From: Vitrella brassicaformis CCMP3155
Taxonomy: Eukaryota > Protista > Chromerida
Length of the DNA stretch: 64,000 bases
Direction: 5' to 3'
Assembly (NCBI GenBank): GCA_001179505.1
Contig: CDMY01000305.1
Location: 456,233-520,232, forward strand
In this document: positions 38,480 to 51,700 of the stretch, one piece after another
How the letters are laid out: each line of letters starts with the position of its first letter
Numbering within the stretch: position 1 is the stretch's first letter
Made by a program: the position numbers and the translations under genes
Notes under the pieces: generated by a model
What the model was told of the DNA's origin: nothing
Seen by the model: the letters and a program-made list of their open reading frames with translations, nothing else
Database searches by the model: none

Positions 38480-39698
38480 TTAAGCTCTGCAGTCGGCGCA
38501 CTGGTAGTGTGCTGCATGAAGCGACAGAGAGAGGAGACACACAAGGAAAGGAAGATTGAGAGAACTATGGGCCAACTCCCCTCACCTGGCAGAAAGTAGG
38601 TTGTCAAGTGCCGCTCGACAGCCGGCCGACGCCGCCATACAGCCATCAATGCCAGCAGAGACGAGAACGTAAGCACGATAAAGCCGGTACAGCCCAAGAA
38701 AGCAGGTATGACGGCCAATACTCTCGACAAACAACATGCCGCCGCCAAGCTATGCGAAGACTGAAGGAGCCCATACAGCACACACAGCAGCTGGCGACCC
38801 GCCTGCTGCAGCACGTTTTGGCCACGCTGCATCGTAAGAAGTCGGCGGCGCATGCTGAAGTGGTCATGCGCCTTCAGGCTGATCGGAAGCAGCACCACAA
38901 AGCCGCAGACAAACAAGAGGGCAAACTCAGGGTCCCTCCAGGCCGATCCATCGGCTCCCAAGCAAAATGCCAGCGACAGCAGCAGAAGGACGCCCCAACG
39001 CAGCTGTCGGCCGCTGACACACTGGGGATGTTTAGCAACCAGACACTCCAACAGATAGGAACTCAGGTATATCAACGCTGGGCCGGGGAAGTACGTGGAG
39101 ATCTCCACATCATCGGCGGCCCAGCGTGAGAATGAGAACGACAACAACGGCCTGAGTTTGGGAATGGCAGAGCCCCACAGTACTCTCCACCACAGGGCCA
39201 CGAATGGCACAACCCATAGGCAAAGCATCTGGCAAAGGGCGTCCCAGCGGGTTGTTGTTCGCCCCTGGGGAGTACCGCCCAGCCAGGACTCGTCGTGCTC
39301 ACTGCCACGACCCACAAACAGTGCAGGTAGAGTCGTCTGTCCCCGTGGTTCAGTTGGTGGCCTCACTTACCTCTGGCAGATCTCACAGCTGGTCGGCCGC
39401 TGACCTGCACAGACCAGCAAAGCCATCCATTCCACACCATGGGCATCTACTCTACACATCTTGCCCGTTGTCTGCAGCCTCTGCTGCCGAAATGCCTCCA
39501 AACAGCCCGTGTGGACAAAACCTGCACGTGACAGGGATGGAAACGCCCAATGGCATGCATTAGGTGATCATATGAGATCAGGCAGGCAACCTTACGCACG
39601 GTGCCGCGACAGCTGCAGGGCGAAACCAGGAGGCCTGTTTCGGTGGACTCCTCCCTATCGCCACAGATGCGGCACGCGTCATCAAATCCGGGATGCAT
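38480..39698 (-). CDS. RING-CH (RINGv, MARCH-like) membrane E3 ubiquitin ligase
   Basis: Spliced C4HC3 finger CRICGDREESTETGLLVSPCSCRGTV|RFVHTGCLEAFRQQRLQTT|GQRPTSCEICQ. The second intron needs a GC donor at 39464. Several TM segments follow in the 39330-38585 exon. The 3' end is uncertain. Confidence 0.8.
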
Positions 39699-39836
39699 CA
39701 AACAGCTGTTTCTGGGATTCTAGATCTCTTTCTGGCCAGGGCCAGGAGACGGCCCGCTTCTTTCTGATCTCGCCCATCGTCCTTTCCCCGTGTGTTGTGG
39801 CGTTTTAGCTCCAGCTACCGTTTGTGAACAACTGTC

Positions 39837-42800
39837 TCACAGTACGTCATGCACATCACCGGTCCTCTTTGTCCGTCTCGACGATGCCGCCCCTTTGCCC
39901 TTTCCTTTGCCTTTGCCCTTGCCTTTGCCTTTGCCTTTGCCTTTGCCCTTGTCCTTGCCCTTGTTTGTGCTCCTCTTGCTGCTGCTGGCCTTGTCTGTGC
40001 TGTTCTCGTCATGGGTCACAATCACCTCTACACCCTCGTTGTCAACCACCTCGTCCTCAACGTCACTGTCTGTGTCTGACTGTGTGGCCGACGGGGGGAT
40101 CAAGTCGTCCTGCTCGGCCTCCGGCACCACCGACACGCTCTGCACCTCATCTCCATCAGGCAGGCGCTGCACCAACACACCCGTCGCCGTCCGGCCCTGG
40201 TGGCAAACACACACACCATCGGGAAGCTCTGTGTTGTTGGTCGTTCTGGTGTGCCCATCTGAGTCACCTGCAGTGAGATCTCTCCGGCCTTCTGTCTGAG
40301 CACGGTGCCGCCGGCGGTTGAGAGCATGATCTCGTCGTTCAGGCGGCACACCCGCATACACGACACAGCGTCGCCGCCTAGCTTCTTCTTCTCGGCCGAT
40401 GACGCCTTGTTGCCGCTGGTGTTGCCGCCATTGCCCTTTCCCTGAGGCTTGAACTTGGTGGCGATCACACCGAGGCCTCCGCGAGACTGCAGACGGAAGT
40501 GCGACGGCTTGATGCGCTTGCCTGACACACATGGACACGACACACAGATATAGGGAGAGAGTGTGGTGTGAACGGGCTGGAGTGGGTGGGGCTGGACTGT
40601 GTACCACAGCCGTTTTCGGTGACGGCGAGAAGGAAGAATTTGTTGGCGCCCTTGCCGTCGTCGTCCTCGTTGCCCGGCAGGATGTCAAGGTCGGCCACCT
40701 GGTCACCATCCCTACACACACGCATGCACACACAAGCCAGCCATTCATTGTGAGGATGGTCATGTCCTGCATTCAAACACGCACCCCTGCCCTGCAAAGA
40801 CCTGATTTTGAGCGATTTGACCCCTCTGGATGTGCGCGAGGTCGGTCGAAGCTGCTCGCCATCGGTGCGGAAGCGGATCGCATAACCGCCACGAGTTGCT
40901 GCCAGCAGCACACACACAGCACGACATACACAAGTAGAATGGGCACCCATTGCCCCACTGCATGTGTGCGCACCAATGATGACGGAGTCGTCGTCAGTGC
41001 ACCGCCGCACGAAGCGCAGTACGTCATCTGGCTCGAGGGCGATGAGTGTGAGCCCCCTGTTGGAGACGTTGGCGAAGGCCGCCAGAGGGGTCTTCTTGAT
41101 CCAGCCCTTCTTGGTCAGCAACACCAGGTACTCATCCTCCTGACATGTGCATGTGACCAACACACACACACACACGCGACAAGCCATCCGTCCATCCCTC
41201 TCTCTATCTCTCTCTGTGGGTGTGTCTGTGTCTGTGTGGGGGGGGGGGGGGGGNNNNNNNNNNNNNNNNNNNNNNNNNNNNNNNNNNNNNNNNNNNNNNN
41301 NNNNNNNNNNNNNNNNNNNNNNNNNNNNNNNNNNNNNNNNNNNNNNNNNNNNNNNNNNNNNNNNNNNNNNNNNNNNNNNNNNNNNNNNNNNNNNNNNNNN
41401 NNNNNNNNNNNNNNNNNNNNNNNNNNNNNNNNNNNNNNNNNNNNNNNNNNNNNNNNNNNNNNNNNNNNNNNNNNNNNNNNNNNNNNNNNNNNNNNNNNNN
41501 NNNNNNNNNNNNNNNNNNNNNNNNNNNNNNNNNNNNNNNNNNNNNNNNNNNNNGGGGGGGGGGGGGGGGGGGCACCTTACCTTGAACTGTGTGATGGGCA
41601 GGACAGATGTGATCCGGTCGTCCGCTGCGATGGGCAGCACCTGAGGCAGCGGGACCCCACGTGCTGTCCGTGAAGACAGAGGCACCTACACACACACATC
41701 ACATCCCCCACCCATCCGACCACACGTGCCTTCCCTCCACACACACGTATACACACACGTGCACTGCACCTGGTAGGCCTTCACGGTGAAAGCCACCCCC
41801 CTGTTGGAGACGAAGAGCAGCGTGTCGTGGTCGTTGCACGCGAAGAAGTGGGCGACGCTGTCGTCGTCGGATATCTTGGCGCCGAGCTTGCCGCGGGTGC
41901 CTCTCGATTGGGGGTCGAACTCCTCAACGGGCAGGCGCTTCACGTAGCCAGAATGCGTCACGATCAACACCGACCTGTCGTTGGGGATGAGGTCCTCTTC
42001 GGTGAGGTCGGCGGCCTCGTGTATGATCTCCGACCGCCGCTGGCCGCCGTATTTCCTTTTGAGCTCCTTGAGCTCGGTCTCCATGAGGTGGTACACCTTG
42101 CTGTCCTCGCGCATCAACGCCTCCAACTCGGATATGCGCGCACGCAACTCCTGTGCACGTCCACACAACACAGACACAGACACACAGAGAGAGAGAGAGA
42201 GTGGGTGTGTGGGATTGGCTGGCTGGCTGGCTGGCTGGGTGCGATTGCGTACCTCAAGCTCTGTCTTGAGCTTTTCCTCCTCGAGCGCAGTGAGCCGGGC
42301 GAGGGTGAGTCGCAGCAGCGCCTCAGCCTGCTCCTCACTCAGGTCAAACGGGGAGCCTGACACACACACACAGACACACGTATGAGTTTATGTCCATGGC
42401 TGTTTTGTCCATGTTGGCTCTCTCCACTCACCCTGGAGGGCTTCTCTGGCCTGGTTGGCGTCCTTTGCCTGCCTGACGACATCGATGACGTCGTCGATCT
42501 GCGCCAGGGCCTTGAGCAGCCCCTCAACCACATGCGCCCGCTGCTTCCGCCGACCAAGCTCGAAGTTCGTCCGCCGACGGATCGTTCGGAATCGGAAATC
42601 AAGCCAGATCTGCAGAGCAGACCTGATCAAAGCAAAACACCCACAACCACAGAATGCGCGAATTGTTCGATGGTGTGTATCTGTGAANNNNNNNNNNNNN
42701 NNNNNNNNNNNNNNNNNNNNNNNNNNNNNNNNNNNNNNNNNNNNNNNNNNNNNNNNNNNNNNNNNNNNNNNNNNNNNNNNNNNNNNNNNNNNNNNNNNNN

Positions 42801-43298
42801 NNNNNNNNNNNNNNNNNNNNNNNNNNNNNNNNNNNNNNNNNNNNNNNNNNNNNNNNNNNNNNNNNNNNNNNNNNNNNNNNNNNNNNNNNNNNNNNNNNNN
42901 NNNNNNNNNNNNNNNNNNNNNNNNNNNNNNNNNNNNNNNNNNNNNNNNNNNNNNNNNNNNNNNNNNNNNNNNNNNNNNNNNNNNNNNGGGGCCGCGCCTG
43001 AGAGTGAGTCTGACGGGCTGTTTGCCGTCGTCCCCGAGCGAGAGTAGGTTGCCTGCGAATGAGGTCTGCAGCTGCGTCTTCTTGAAGAGGTTGTTCTGCA
43101 CGACTGTCGCCCTGGCGTCCTTCTTGAGCTCGATGACGATGCGCGTGCCGTCGCGGTCGCTCTCGTCACGGAGGTCGGCGATGCCCTCGAGCTTCTTCTC
43201 GTTCACCATCGTGGCCATCCTCTCTAGCAGCACACTCTGGACACACCCACCCATCCCATCAGCCATACCCTCTCTCCCTCTCTCCCTCTCCCTCTCCG

Positions 43299-43334
<36 letters not shown>

Positions 43335-44252
43335 TGTCAGGTCAGCAGACTGTCGCACCTTGTTGACCATGTATGGCAGCTCCGTCACGACGATAGCGGT
43401 CCTCGACCCCAGCTGCCCGCCCTTCCTGTTGGTCTTCTTGATCTCCTCCACGTGTGTGCGGGCCCGCATCACCACCGCACCGTTGCCCGTCTTGTACAGC
43501 TTCCGCACCCCCTCCAGCCCCACGATCAGCGCTCCAGTGGGGAAGTCGGGCGCAGGGATCAGCGAGAACAGACGCTCGTCGGACAGAGAGGGGTTTCTAC
43601 ACACACGCACAAACACACACACAGTGGGAGGGTTGGTGTGTGGGTGTGTGGGAGAGGGGGGAAGGGGCTACTTGATGAGTGCGATGCATGCATCGACGAG
43701 CTCGCCGAGCTGGTGTGGGGGGATGTTGGTGGCCATCCCGACAGCAATACCCGTGGCGCCATTCAGCAGCAGGAAGGGCAGCTTCGCCGGCAGGATGGTC
43801 GGCTCCACCTCGTTCCCATCAAAGTTCGCCACAAAGTCCACGGTGTCCATGGACACATCAGCCAACAGCGCGTCACGGCTGAGCGGTGTCAGCTTGCACT
43901 CGGTGTATCTCATGGCTGCAGGCGGGTCCCCGTCCACCGACCCGAAGTTGCCGTGTCCGTTGACGAGCGGGCCGGACATGACGAAGTCCTGGGCCATCCG
44001 AACGAGGGCGTCGTAGACGGCTACGTCGCCATGGGGGTGGTACTTGCCAAGGACCTCCCCCACCACACGAGCACACTTGCGGAAGGACGACTCGGGCGAG
44101 AGGTTGAGGCCCTGCATGGCCCAGAGGATCCTTCTGTGGACGGGCTTGAGGCCGTCGCGGGCGTCGGGGAGCGCCCGGCCGAGAATGATGGACATGGCGT
44201 AGGACATGAAGGACGCCGAGAGCTCGGACTCCAACTCGACATCCATGACCTA

Positions 44253-44285
<33 letters not shown>

Positions 44286-44864
44286 GGAGAGAAAGAACAA
44301 AGAAGCATCCATCCACCACACACGGCTGGATGGATGCCTCCATAGCTGTCGGTGTCTGACCTGTCCGATGTTGCCGCCGCCCTCTCCGCCCTGCTGGTCC
44401 GCATCCGGCGGCGCAGCCACGACGCTCTTCATCTCAGTGACAGCGCGGCGGTTGTGCTGTGCCGTGTGTGGTGCCTTCCTGCGGAAAGGCTGAATGTGCG
44501 GGTGCAGAGCTGATGTTCTCGTTCGTCGGACACACGGGGAGGAGGGGAGAAAACACATACATGTAGACCAGGAGGGATCACGCCTGCAGACAGACGGACA
44601 GTCAGTCGACAAGACGCGATGACCGACCGACCGACTTGCATAGTGTGGTGTGTGTCGTGCCGCTCACCTTGCTGATTCATCGCGCGGTCGTGCAGATCTG
44701 TTTCCGGCCTGGATGCGGCCGCGGCCACCCCATCTGTGCCTAAGGCTTGCAGATCTGCCAATCCACCTCGTCTGTTGCAGCGTGTCTGTCGCTGCATCGC
44801 CGTTCTTCCGAGCACTGCAGGGCACCAGGCAGACCAGCACGGCCACAATGCTGCTGAACAGCAT
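39837..44864 (-). CDS. gyrA: DNA gyrase subunit A, nucleus-encoded, plastid-targeted
   Basis: [56 protein letters not shown] (catalytic Tyr), [11 protein letters not shown], GyrA-box QSRGTRG, beta-pinwheel repeats ([23 protein letters not shown]). N-terminal signal peptide [18 protein letters not shown] plus R/S-rich transit peptide. Two N-gaps lie in introns. Confidence 0.97.
41254..41553. other. Assembly gap (300 N) flanked by poly-G, inside a gyrA intron
   Basis: N run. GyrA reads continuously across it (PITQFK|EDEYL). Confidence 0.99.
42688..42987. other. Assembly gap (300 N) inside a gyrA intron
   Basis: N run. GyrA reads PVRLTLR|[10 protein letters not shown] across it using a GC donor. 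Confidence 0.99.
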
Positions 44865-45033
44865 CGGGATGAAGCGGGAGGAGAGCTGCGTCCAAGATCT
44901 GAGCTCGCGCTGCAAGATAAGCGCGCAAAGACCCGAAGCGAACGGCCCGAGTCCGCGGAGTGGCGCATGATCCAGTGTCCGGCGGATATAGTTAGTTTCC
45001 CTTCTGCCGTGACGCATCTATTCTGCCGTACGC

Positions 45034-48000
45034 ATGGCGTCTGTGTGCCGGTTTGCGCGGGAGGTGATAGTCGGCGCCCTCACAGGATGGCCGAGCACAC
45101 AGGTACACACGCACACACAACAGGCACACGCAGCAAGCACCCAAATTCCTGCTCTGCTGCGTCTGTTTCTCTTTCTCTCCCTCTCTCTATGCTGCCCGTG
45201 GTGCGGCCCGATATGCATGGCATGCAGGAGCTGCTTCGTTGGCCGCTCTTTTTCCTCTTCGGCTTCAGCGCCCTCGTGGAGCTGGCCATCTACATCGTCG
45301 TCCGCAATGCCGTCCGGTTCATCGAGAACCTCTCGCAGTCCTCGCGGGTGCGCCGCATACGGGAGGCGCTGAGGGGGGCGCGGTCGTACGAGGAGTACGC
45401 CAAGCGTGCGCGAGAGCTGGACCTGGTGTACAAGTGTGAGGACTGGAAAAGGGAGAAGCAGAGCGAATATTATGACTGCCACCTGTAGGGCTTCCTGCCA
45501 ACAGGCAGACATGGGAGCATCGATGTGTGTGTGTGTGTGTGTGGACAGGCTGGAGCGTCGTTTGTCGCAGCTGCGCAAGATGCGCCGCGAGAGCAACATC
45601 GAGGGCATCCTGCAGGTGCTCAAGCTGTGCATCCACACGGGCTTCGCAGGCATCTTCAACGAGACCCTCTACTCCCAGTCCTACACCGGCACCAAACACC
45701 TCATCGAGACCTTCATCCGGGAGGTCTGCGAGGCGCTCGAGTACCTCCGGGCCAACGCCCACCTCTACGCGCCGCAGCTGACGCGGTTCATCAGCGCCTG
45801 CAACAGCACCTGGGGGACCACCGCGTTGTGCCTGTCGGGCGGTGGGATGAATTGCATGCACCACTTCGGGGTAGCCAGGTCGCTGCTCGACCATGGCCTG
45901 CTGCCACAGGTGCGGTGGACAGGCGGATAGACAGAGAGGCGGCTGGGGATGGCTATGTGTCTCTGTGTGTGTGTGTGTGTGTCTGTTTGTGTGTGTGTGG
46001 TAGGTGATCTCTGGAGCGTCAGGTGGTGCGGTGGTGGCATCGTTCCTCTGCACGCGGACCGACGACGAGCTGAGGGCGCAGCTCGTGCCCGAGTACATCC
46101 AGCCGAGGTTCCAATGTGAGCAATCGACCGACGTGTGTGTGCATGAGAATCGACATGTGTTCACGTGAAGTGTGTGTGTTGGCCTCTCTGTCTGTGTCGA
46201 CCGACAGGCATGTCGCCGGCGAGCTGGTTCATGCGGTTCTGGAACATGATGACGGTGGGGTACATGTTTGACGCCGAGCAGTGGAACAATACCATGGAGA
46301 TTCTCAGCATGGGGCTCACATTCGAGGAGGCCTACAGGCGGACAGGCAGAGTACTCAACGTCGCGGTGGGCCACCCACCAAAAGTCCCAAGTTCGCCCGA
46401 TTTGGTGTGATGTGCGGTGTGGTGTGTGGTGTGTGGTGGTGCGTGAAGGTGTCTCGACGGGCGGATCATTCCCCGCCCACCGTGCTGAATTACCTGAACG
46501 CTCCCCACGTGCTGATCAGCTCGGCGGTCATCGCATCTTCCGCAATGCCGTTCCTCGTCCAGCCACAGTAAACACACACCATCCCATCACCGCACCCACA
46601 CATGCATAGCTAGCACAGCACAGCTCTCTGTGGGGGGGGGGGGGGNNNNNNNNNNNNNNNNNNNNNNNNNNNNNNNNNNNNNNNNNNNNNNNNNNNNNNN
46701 NNNNNNNNNNNNNNNNNNNNNNNNNNNNNNNNNNNNNNNNNNNNNNNNNNNNNNNNNNNNNNNNNNNNNNNNNNNNNNNNNNNNNNNNNNNNNNNNNNNN
46801 NNNNNNNNNNNNNNNNNNNNNNNNNNNNNNNNNNNNNNNNNNNNNNNNNNNNNNNNNNNNNNNNNNNNNNNNNNNNNNNNNNNNNNNNNNNNNNNNNNNN
46901 NNNNNNNNNNNNNNNNNNNNNNNNNNNNNNNNNNNNNNNNNNNNNGGGGGGGGGGGGGGGGGCGATAGGATACTGAAGGAGAAGGGTCCCGACGGGAAGC
47001 TGCGGTCGTACGCGGCCTACGACACCCAGTTCATGTGCGACGGCAGCGTCGACGCCGACATCCCCGCCAACGCACTCTCTGAAATGTGGGGCGTCCAGTG
47101 GATCATCACAGTGCAGGTGTACCCAATACACCCACACCCACACCCACACCCACGCCAACCACCCCACACACCAAGTGCGTTCACCTTTCCCTCTGTCTGT
47201 CTGTCTGTCTGTGTGTGCGTGTGGTTCAGGTGAATCTGCACGTCTTTCCGTGGCAGGCGTTCCGCAACCGTGGGAGTGCGGGTGCGCCGCTGACGTGGCG
47301 CCACGGCGGGGGCAAGTGGCGGGGCGGCTTCGTGCTGTCGGCCTTTGAGGTGCTACTCAAGGAGCACATGCGACTCTGCATCAGGTGGGTCGCTGGATGC
47401 GTGGGTCGGCAGACAGAGAGAGGGAGGATGTGTGTGTGTGTGTGTGTGTGTGGTGCTCACCTGCCCATCCATCCATCTCGATGTGTGTGTGTGTGTGTGT
47501 GTGTGTTAGGTTGATGGCGCTGCTGGATGTGTTCCCGCACTTCTTCGACATCAACTGGGGGCGGGTCTTCCTGCAGGTAGGTACCTAGGTGGGTGGGTGG
47601 TTGATGGGACATAGATGTGCATGTAAGTAATCATCGGTGTTGGCGGTGTGGCTGATTGATGCCATCGATCATATCAATCAGGACTACCAGGGCAGCAGCA
47701 ACGTGATCATGACGCCCCGCCGTCTGTTCCTCAACCACTTCCTCCTCATCGGAAAGGACCTCACGCTACCAGAGGTCAAATGGTCAGTCAGCAAAACCAC
47801 AGAAACACTCACGCAGCGCAGCCACACAGCCGTGTGGCCACCGCACCGCGTGTGTGTGTGTGTGTGTGTGTGCAGGTATATGTCAGAAGGCCTCCTGATG
47901 GTGTGGCCGAAAATCCCGATGATCACCTCCCGCATGAGAATCGAGAAGGCCCTCACGGGCATCGAGCTCGCTCTCAATCCCAACGCCCTCTTCGTGCAGT

Positions 48001-48296
48001 ACGGCCTCTCCACAGACATCACCGACGAGAGCGAGAGCAGGGCCGCCAACATGGACCGCACACACGGCAGCGGCAGCAGCAGCAGAAACAACGCCTACAA
48101 TGCCTACAATGGCAGCGACGACTCGACGGGGGCGTTCGATGCCGCTGCCGGGGCGAGTGACGGTGCTGAGAAGAATGGGGGCCCTTCTATCGTGGCGAGT
48201 GGTCAGCACAGGAAGAAGGACAGCAGAGAGGGCGGCCAGAGGGAGAGGGCGCACACTCACACCCATAGTGAGATGCCGAATGGGCCGGTGGGGTGA
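45034..48296 (+). CDS. SDP1: Patatin-like triacylglycerol lipase (SDP1/TGL3-5 type, DUF3336 plus patatin)
   Basis: N-terminal TM segment, SYEEYAKRARELD...EDWK, LYSQSYTGTKHLIETFIREV, TALCLSGGG, VISGASGG (GxSxG, Ser ~46018), LISSAVIASSAMP, FMCDGSVDADIP (catalytic Asp), VQVNLHVFPW; TGA 48294-48296. Confidence 0.92.
46646..46945. other. Assembly gap (300 N) flanked by poly-G, inside a lipase intron
   Basis: N run. The protein is continuous across it (LVQPQ|ILKEKGPDG). Confidence 0.99.
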
Positions 48297-48724
48297 AATT
48301 AAGAGACAGATTCGTAGAGAGAGATGCGAGAGAGAGGTGGCGTGGCGTGGCGAGAGGGGTCGGGGTGGTGCGGGGTGTGTACATAAATACATCACACACA
48401 CATACACATGGATGGATGGATGGATCGATGGATTGGATCGTCATACATTCAGTCAAGCAACACATTGATTGCATAGAGTGAGTGGCTCATTTATGTAATA
48501 TGTGTCGCGTTTGTGTGTGTATGTGTGTGTGATGAACACAGTACGTACGTGTCGGTGCATTTAAACATGATGATAAAAAAAAATTCACCCCAACCAACAA
48601 AGGACTGAGATGACTCAACGGCACCTACACAAACACCGTGAGATCACCAGCAGACTCTTTTCCCTGCGCTTACATGAAGGTAAAAGGGGAGGGAGCGTGG
48701 CGCAGGACTCGTAGCAGACGTCGC

Positions 48725-51700
48725 AATTCATCCAAAGTGATTGGGGCTCACTGCGGCTGAGTGCTTGGCTTCCGACGAGTCCTGTGAGCCCACAGAAGGG
48801 GTCTTTCCAGCCCTCCTCCCAACTTGCGAGTTGATCGATGCGAGCTGGAGAGAGGGGGGAGAATTCCCGCGGTTAAAGGGTTGGTGCGCCAGTGGAGGCA
48901 CAGTGAGTCCTGCTGATCCACTGGTGGTATTTTACGCCAGTGATCCATCAACGGCGTATATTCATCGCTATCGCCGCATAGCGGCTTCTCGTCCTGACGG
49001 TGAGTCAAGATGCGGCGATTGGTTGCATTCACAAGCACACCATGATGATCTATTCGCTGTCTGGTGTGTTGAAGGTGGTCTTCAGGTCTGCCTTGTCGAC
49101 CGGGCGGACTGTTTGATTGAGCGACAGTGTGGATGGGTATGCAGCTAGCCGTCGACTCATAACTGACAGGTCAGCACTAATTGATGCACACAACACATGC
49201 ACCAGATGCCTGCCCATCTCTTTGTGTGTGTGTGTGGTCCATGGTGCAGCTGAGTGTGGGTGAGAGTGATGTCGTCTGGTCGTCACGACACCGACATGGC
49301 CTCCGCTGGCCCGGCGGACGGTGGCGATGGCGACGAAGGTACACTCAATTCAGACAAATTGCAGCACATCACACACACAGCATCATCGCCAAGCATTACG
49401 CGTGTGGATGTGTGTGTTCCTTTGCAGACGATGTAGCCGAGGAGGAACAGCGTGACGGCAGCGCACAACCAGACGGACCAGATCCCAGTGCTGTTGATAG
49501 TGGTGAGTGACCATCATACCACACACACGAGCGAGCAGCACACTCCCCCGATGGGTGCCTCACTAGGCTCTTTGTGCCTCTGTGCAGGTGGAGGTGTTGG
49601 CAGTATTGGCGAGCGTAGAGGAGTTGGCTTTGGTCGGGCTGGTGTTGGCGGGCAGCAGGGCAGCGGGCAGAGCCGGAGTCAACAGAATGGAGGTACACCG
49701 ACCGACACACAAATCAGTATCGCCTTTCATTGATCATCGTTGACAATCTGTGCAGCCACAGGTCCGTCGCTACCTCCTCGCTGGAAGAGCTACGGGAACG
49801 GCATCGACCTCGCCTTCCCTCCTGGCACCAGTGAAGCAAGCAGACGGCTGTTTGGCATCATAGAGCGCACCATCACTGGCGAAGAGCATATGACGCAGCT
49901 CATCCAGCAGCAGGGAGCCGACCCCAATGTGATGCAGGCGCTGCGGGCGGCGGGCACCACGGGCGGCTATTTCGCCTTTCCTTTGCTGTCGCTGTGCATC
50001 GACAACCTCACGGACAACAGCGTGCCTTCCCTCTGGGCAGCTAATTGCGAGGATGTTGAGACTATGACTTCCGTCGCCTTGTCGACGTGGCGGACCCGCG
50101 ACCTACAGCTCGCCGTCATGCGCACCCTGATCGAGAGCGGTGCCGATATCAACGCGGGCACAAATACCACCTCTTTGCCCATCCGCGTGGCCATCGCCTC
50201 GTGCAACCCGGAGGCATTCGACCTCCTGATGGGCCAGCCAGGTGAACACCCATTCACAGCATTCACGACACGTAAACTCACAGCATGATGTTCGTCGGGA
50301 CGTCTGTCTGCCTCTGTGTCTGTCCCAGGTATCCAGCTGCGGGGGCGTCGGGTGCTGGCGCTGCCGCGCACATTGCCGACGGACCAGCCGACTGAGGAAA
50401 GCGAGCGCACCCTGCTGTCCTTCTACCGGCAGCTCATCCAGCGGGACACCACACTCGCAGCCGAGCGGGACCTGGATGGCAAGAATCCGATGCATTGGGC
50501 AGCCTGCAGACATCCCGTCTGGTCCCAGCAGTTCATCGAGAGCTACATCGACCTGCTGGTGGCCAATGGGGCGGACGTCACGGCCGTGGACAAACTGGGG
50601 TTGTCACCATTGCATTTCGCGGCCTTCAATGGTTCCCGCTGTGTGGCTGCCTCTCTCTGCCGCCGCCTCGCCGCTGCCGACATCAACAGAGGGCTCCCGA
50701 ATGACCGCACCAGCACACCCCTCACCGTCGCTGCCATACGGCTCCATTTGGACACCCAACAGCTGCAGGACGACACCACGGGGCGGGCCGAGAGGGACCG
50801 CCTCACCGTCCGGATCCCCCACGTCAAGACCACCATCCGTGTGCTCTTCCAGGCGGGCGCTGACATCGCCCTCATGCTCACAGCCACAGAGTGGCACCGC
50901 GGCGGTCGCCAGCTGGTGCTGCCCGAGTACGCGACAGTGCTCAACGACCTGCCGGATGACGTCATGGCTGCCATCAACGCCGCCCTCGCCCCTCAGCGGT
51001 CGCTCGCAGCCTTGCTCGGCCCCCGGCTGGTCGTCGGCCCGCAGGAGGCCCCCATCTTCGCCTGGCGCATCGCATCATACCTCTTCGACATGGAGGCCGC
51101 CATCCAGACCATCACTGACAAATTCCCCTTCCGGCACTCCGCCATGGCCCGGCGTGTGCGTGCGGCTGTCGAGCATTCCGTCCGCTCGTCAGTGTACGAG
51201 GCCAGCAGCAACAGGGAGGTGGTGGGCGGGATGGCCAATGTGGGCGGCGAGATGGTGCGGGTGCCGCTGCAGTGCTTCGCCATCAATGCGGGACAGCAGG
51301 GGGGCGGGCAGCACCAGCTGCTGGGTGTGCGTGAGGTGGTGCACAGGGCTCGGCTGGACGAGGCGGCCCAGCATGGCGTGACGGGAGTTGTCAAGGGCTT
51401 CAACGAGCACTTGGGCAATGACGACTGCCAGTTCCAGTGGCAGCAGCTGGGGTGCGTCGAGAGGGGCCGGGACGGCGGAGCGACCTTCAGACCGCTGCAG
51501 CTGACGTGAGATGTGTGAGCGAGGCACGTAGCCACATGGATGGATGGATGGATGGATGAGGGTGAGGGGCAGGCAGACGGGCGGGCAGGTTTTGATGTGC
51601 GCATGACCAGGTTGGTGTCGCTGCCTCACTCGCTGCTTCTCCGGTGTGGGTGGACGGCCAAATGGGAGGCAGGCAGGCCAGCAGATGGACAGACAGGCAC

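Noticed and set aside
39895-39963. CRISPR-like or other prokaryotic repeat arrays here or elsewhere
   Set aside because: The repeats are codon-level or microsatellite, with no repeat-spacer structure. gyrA has spliceosomal introns, so it is not bacterial contamination.
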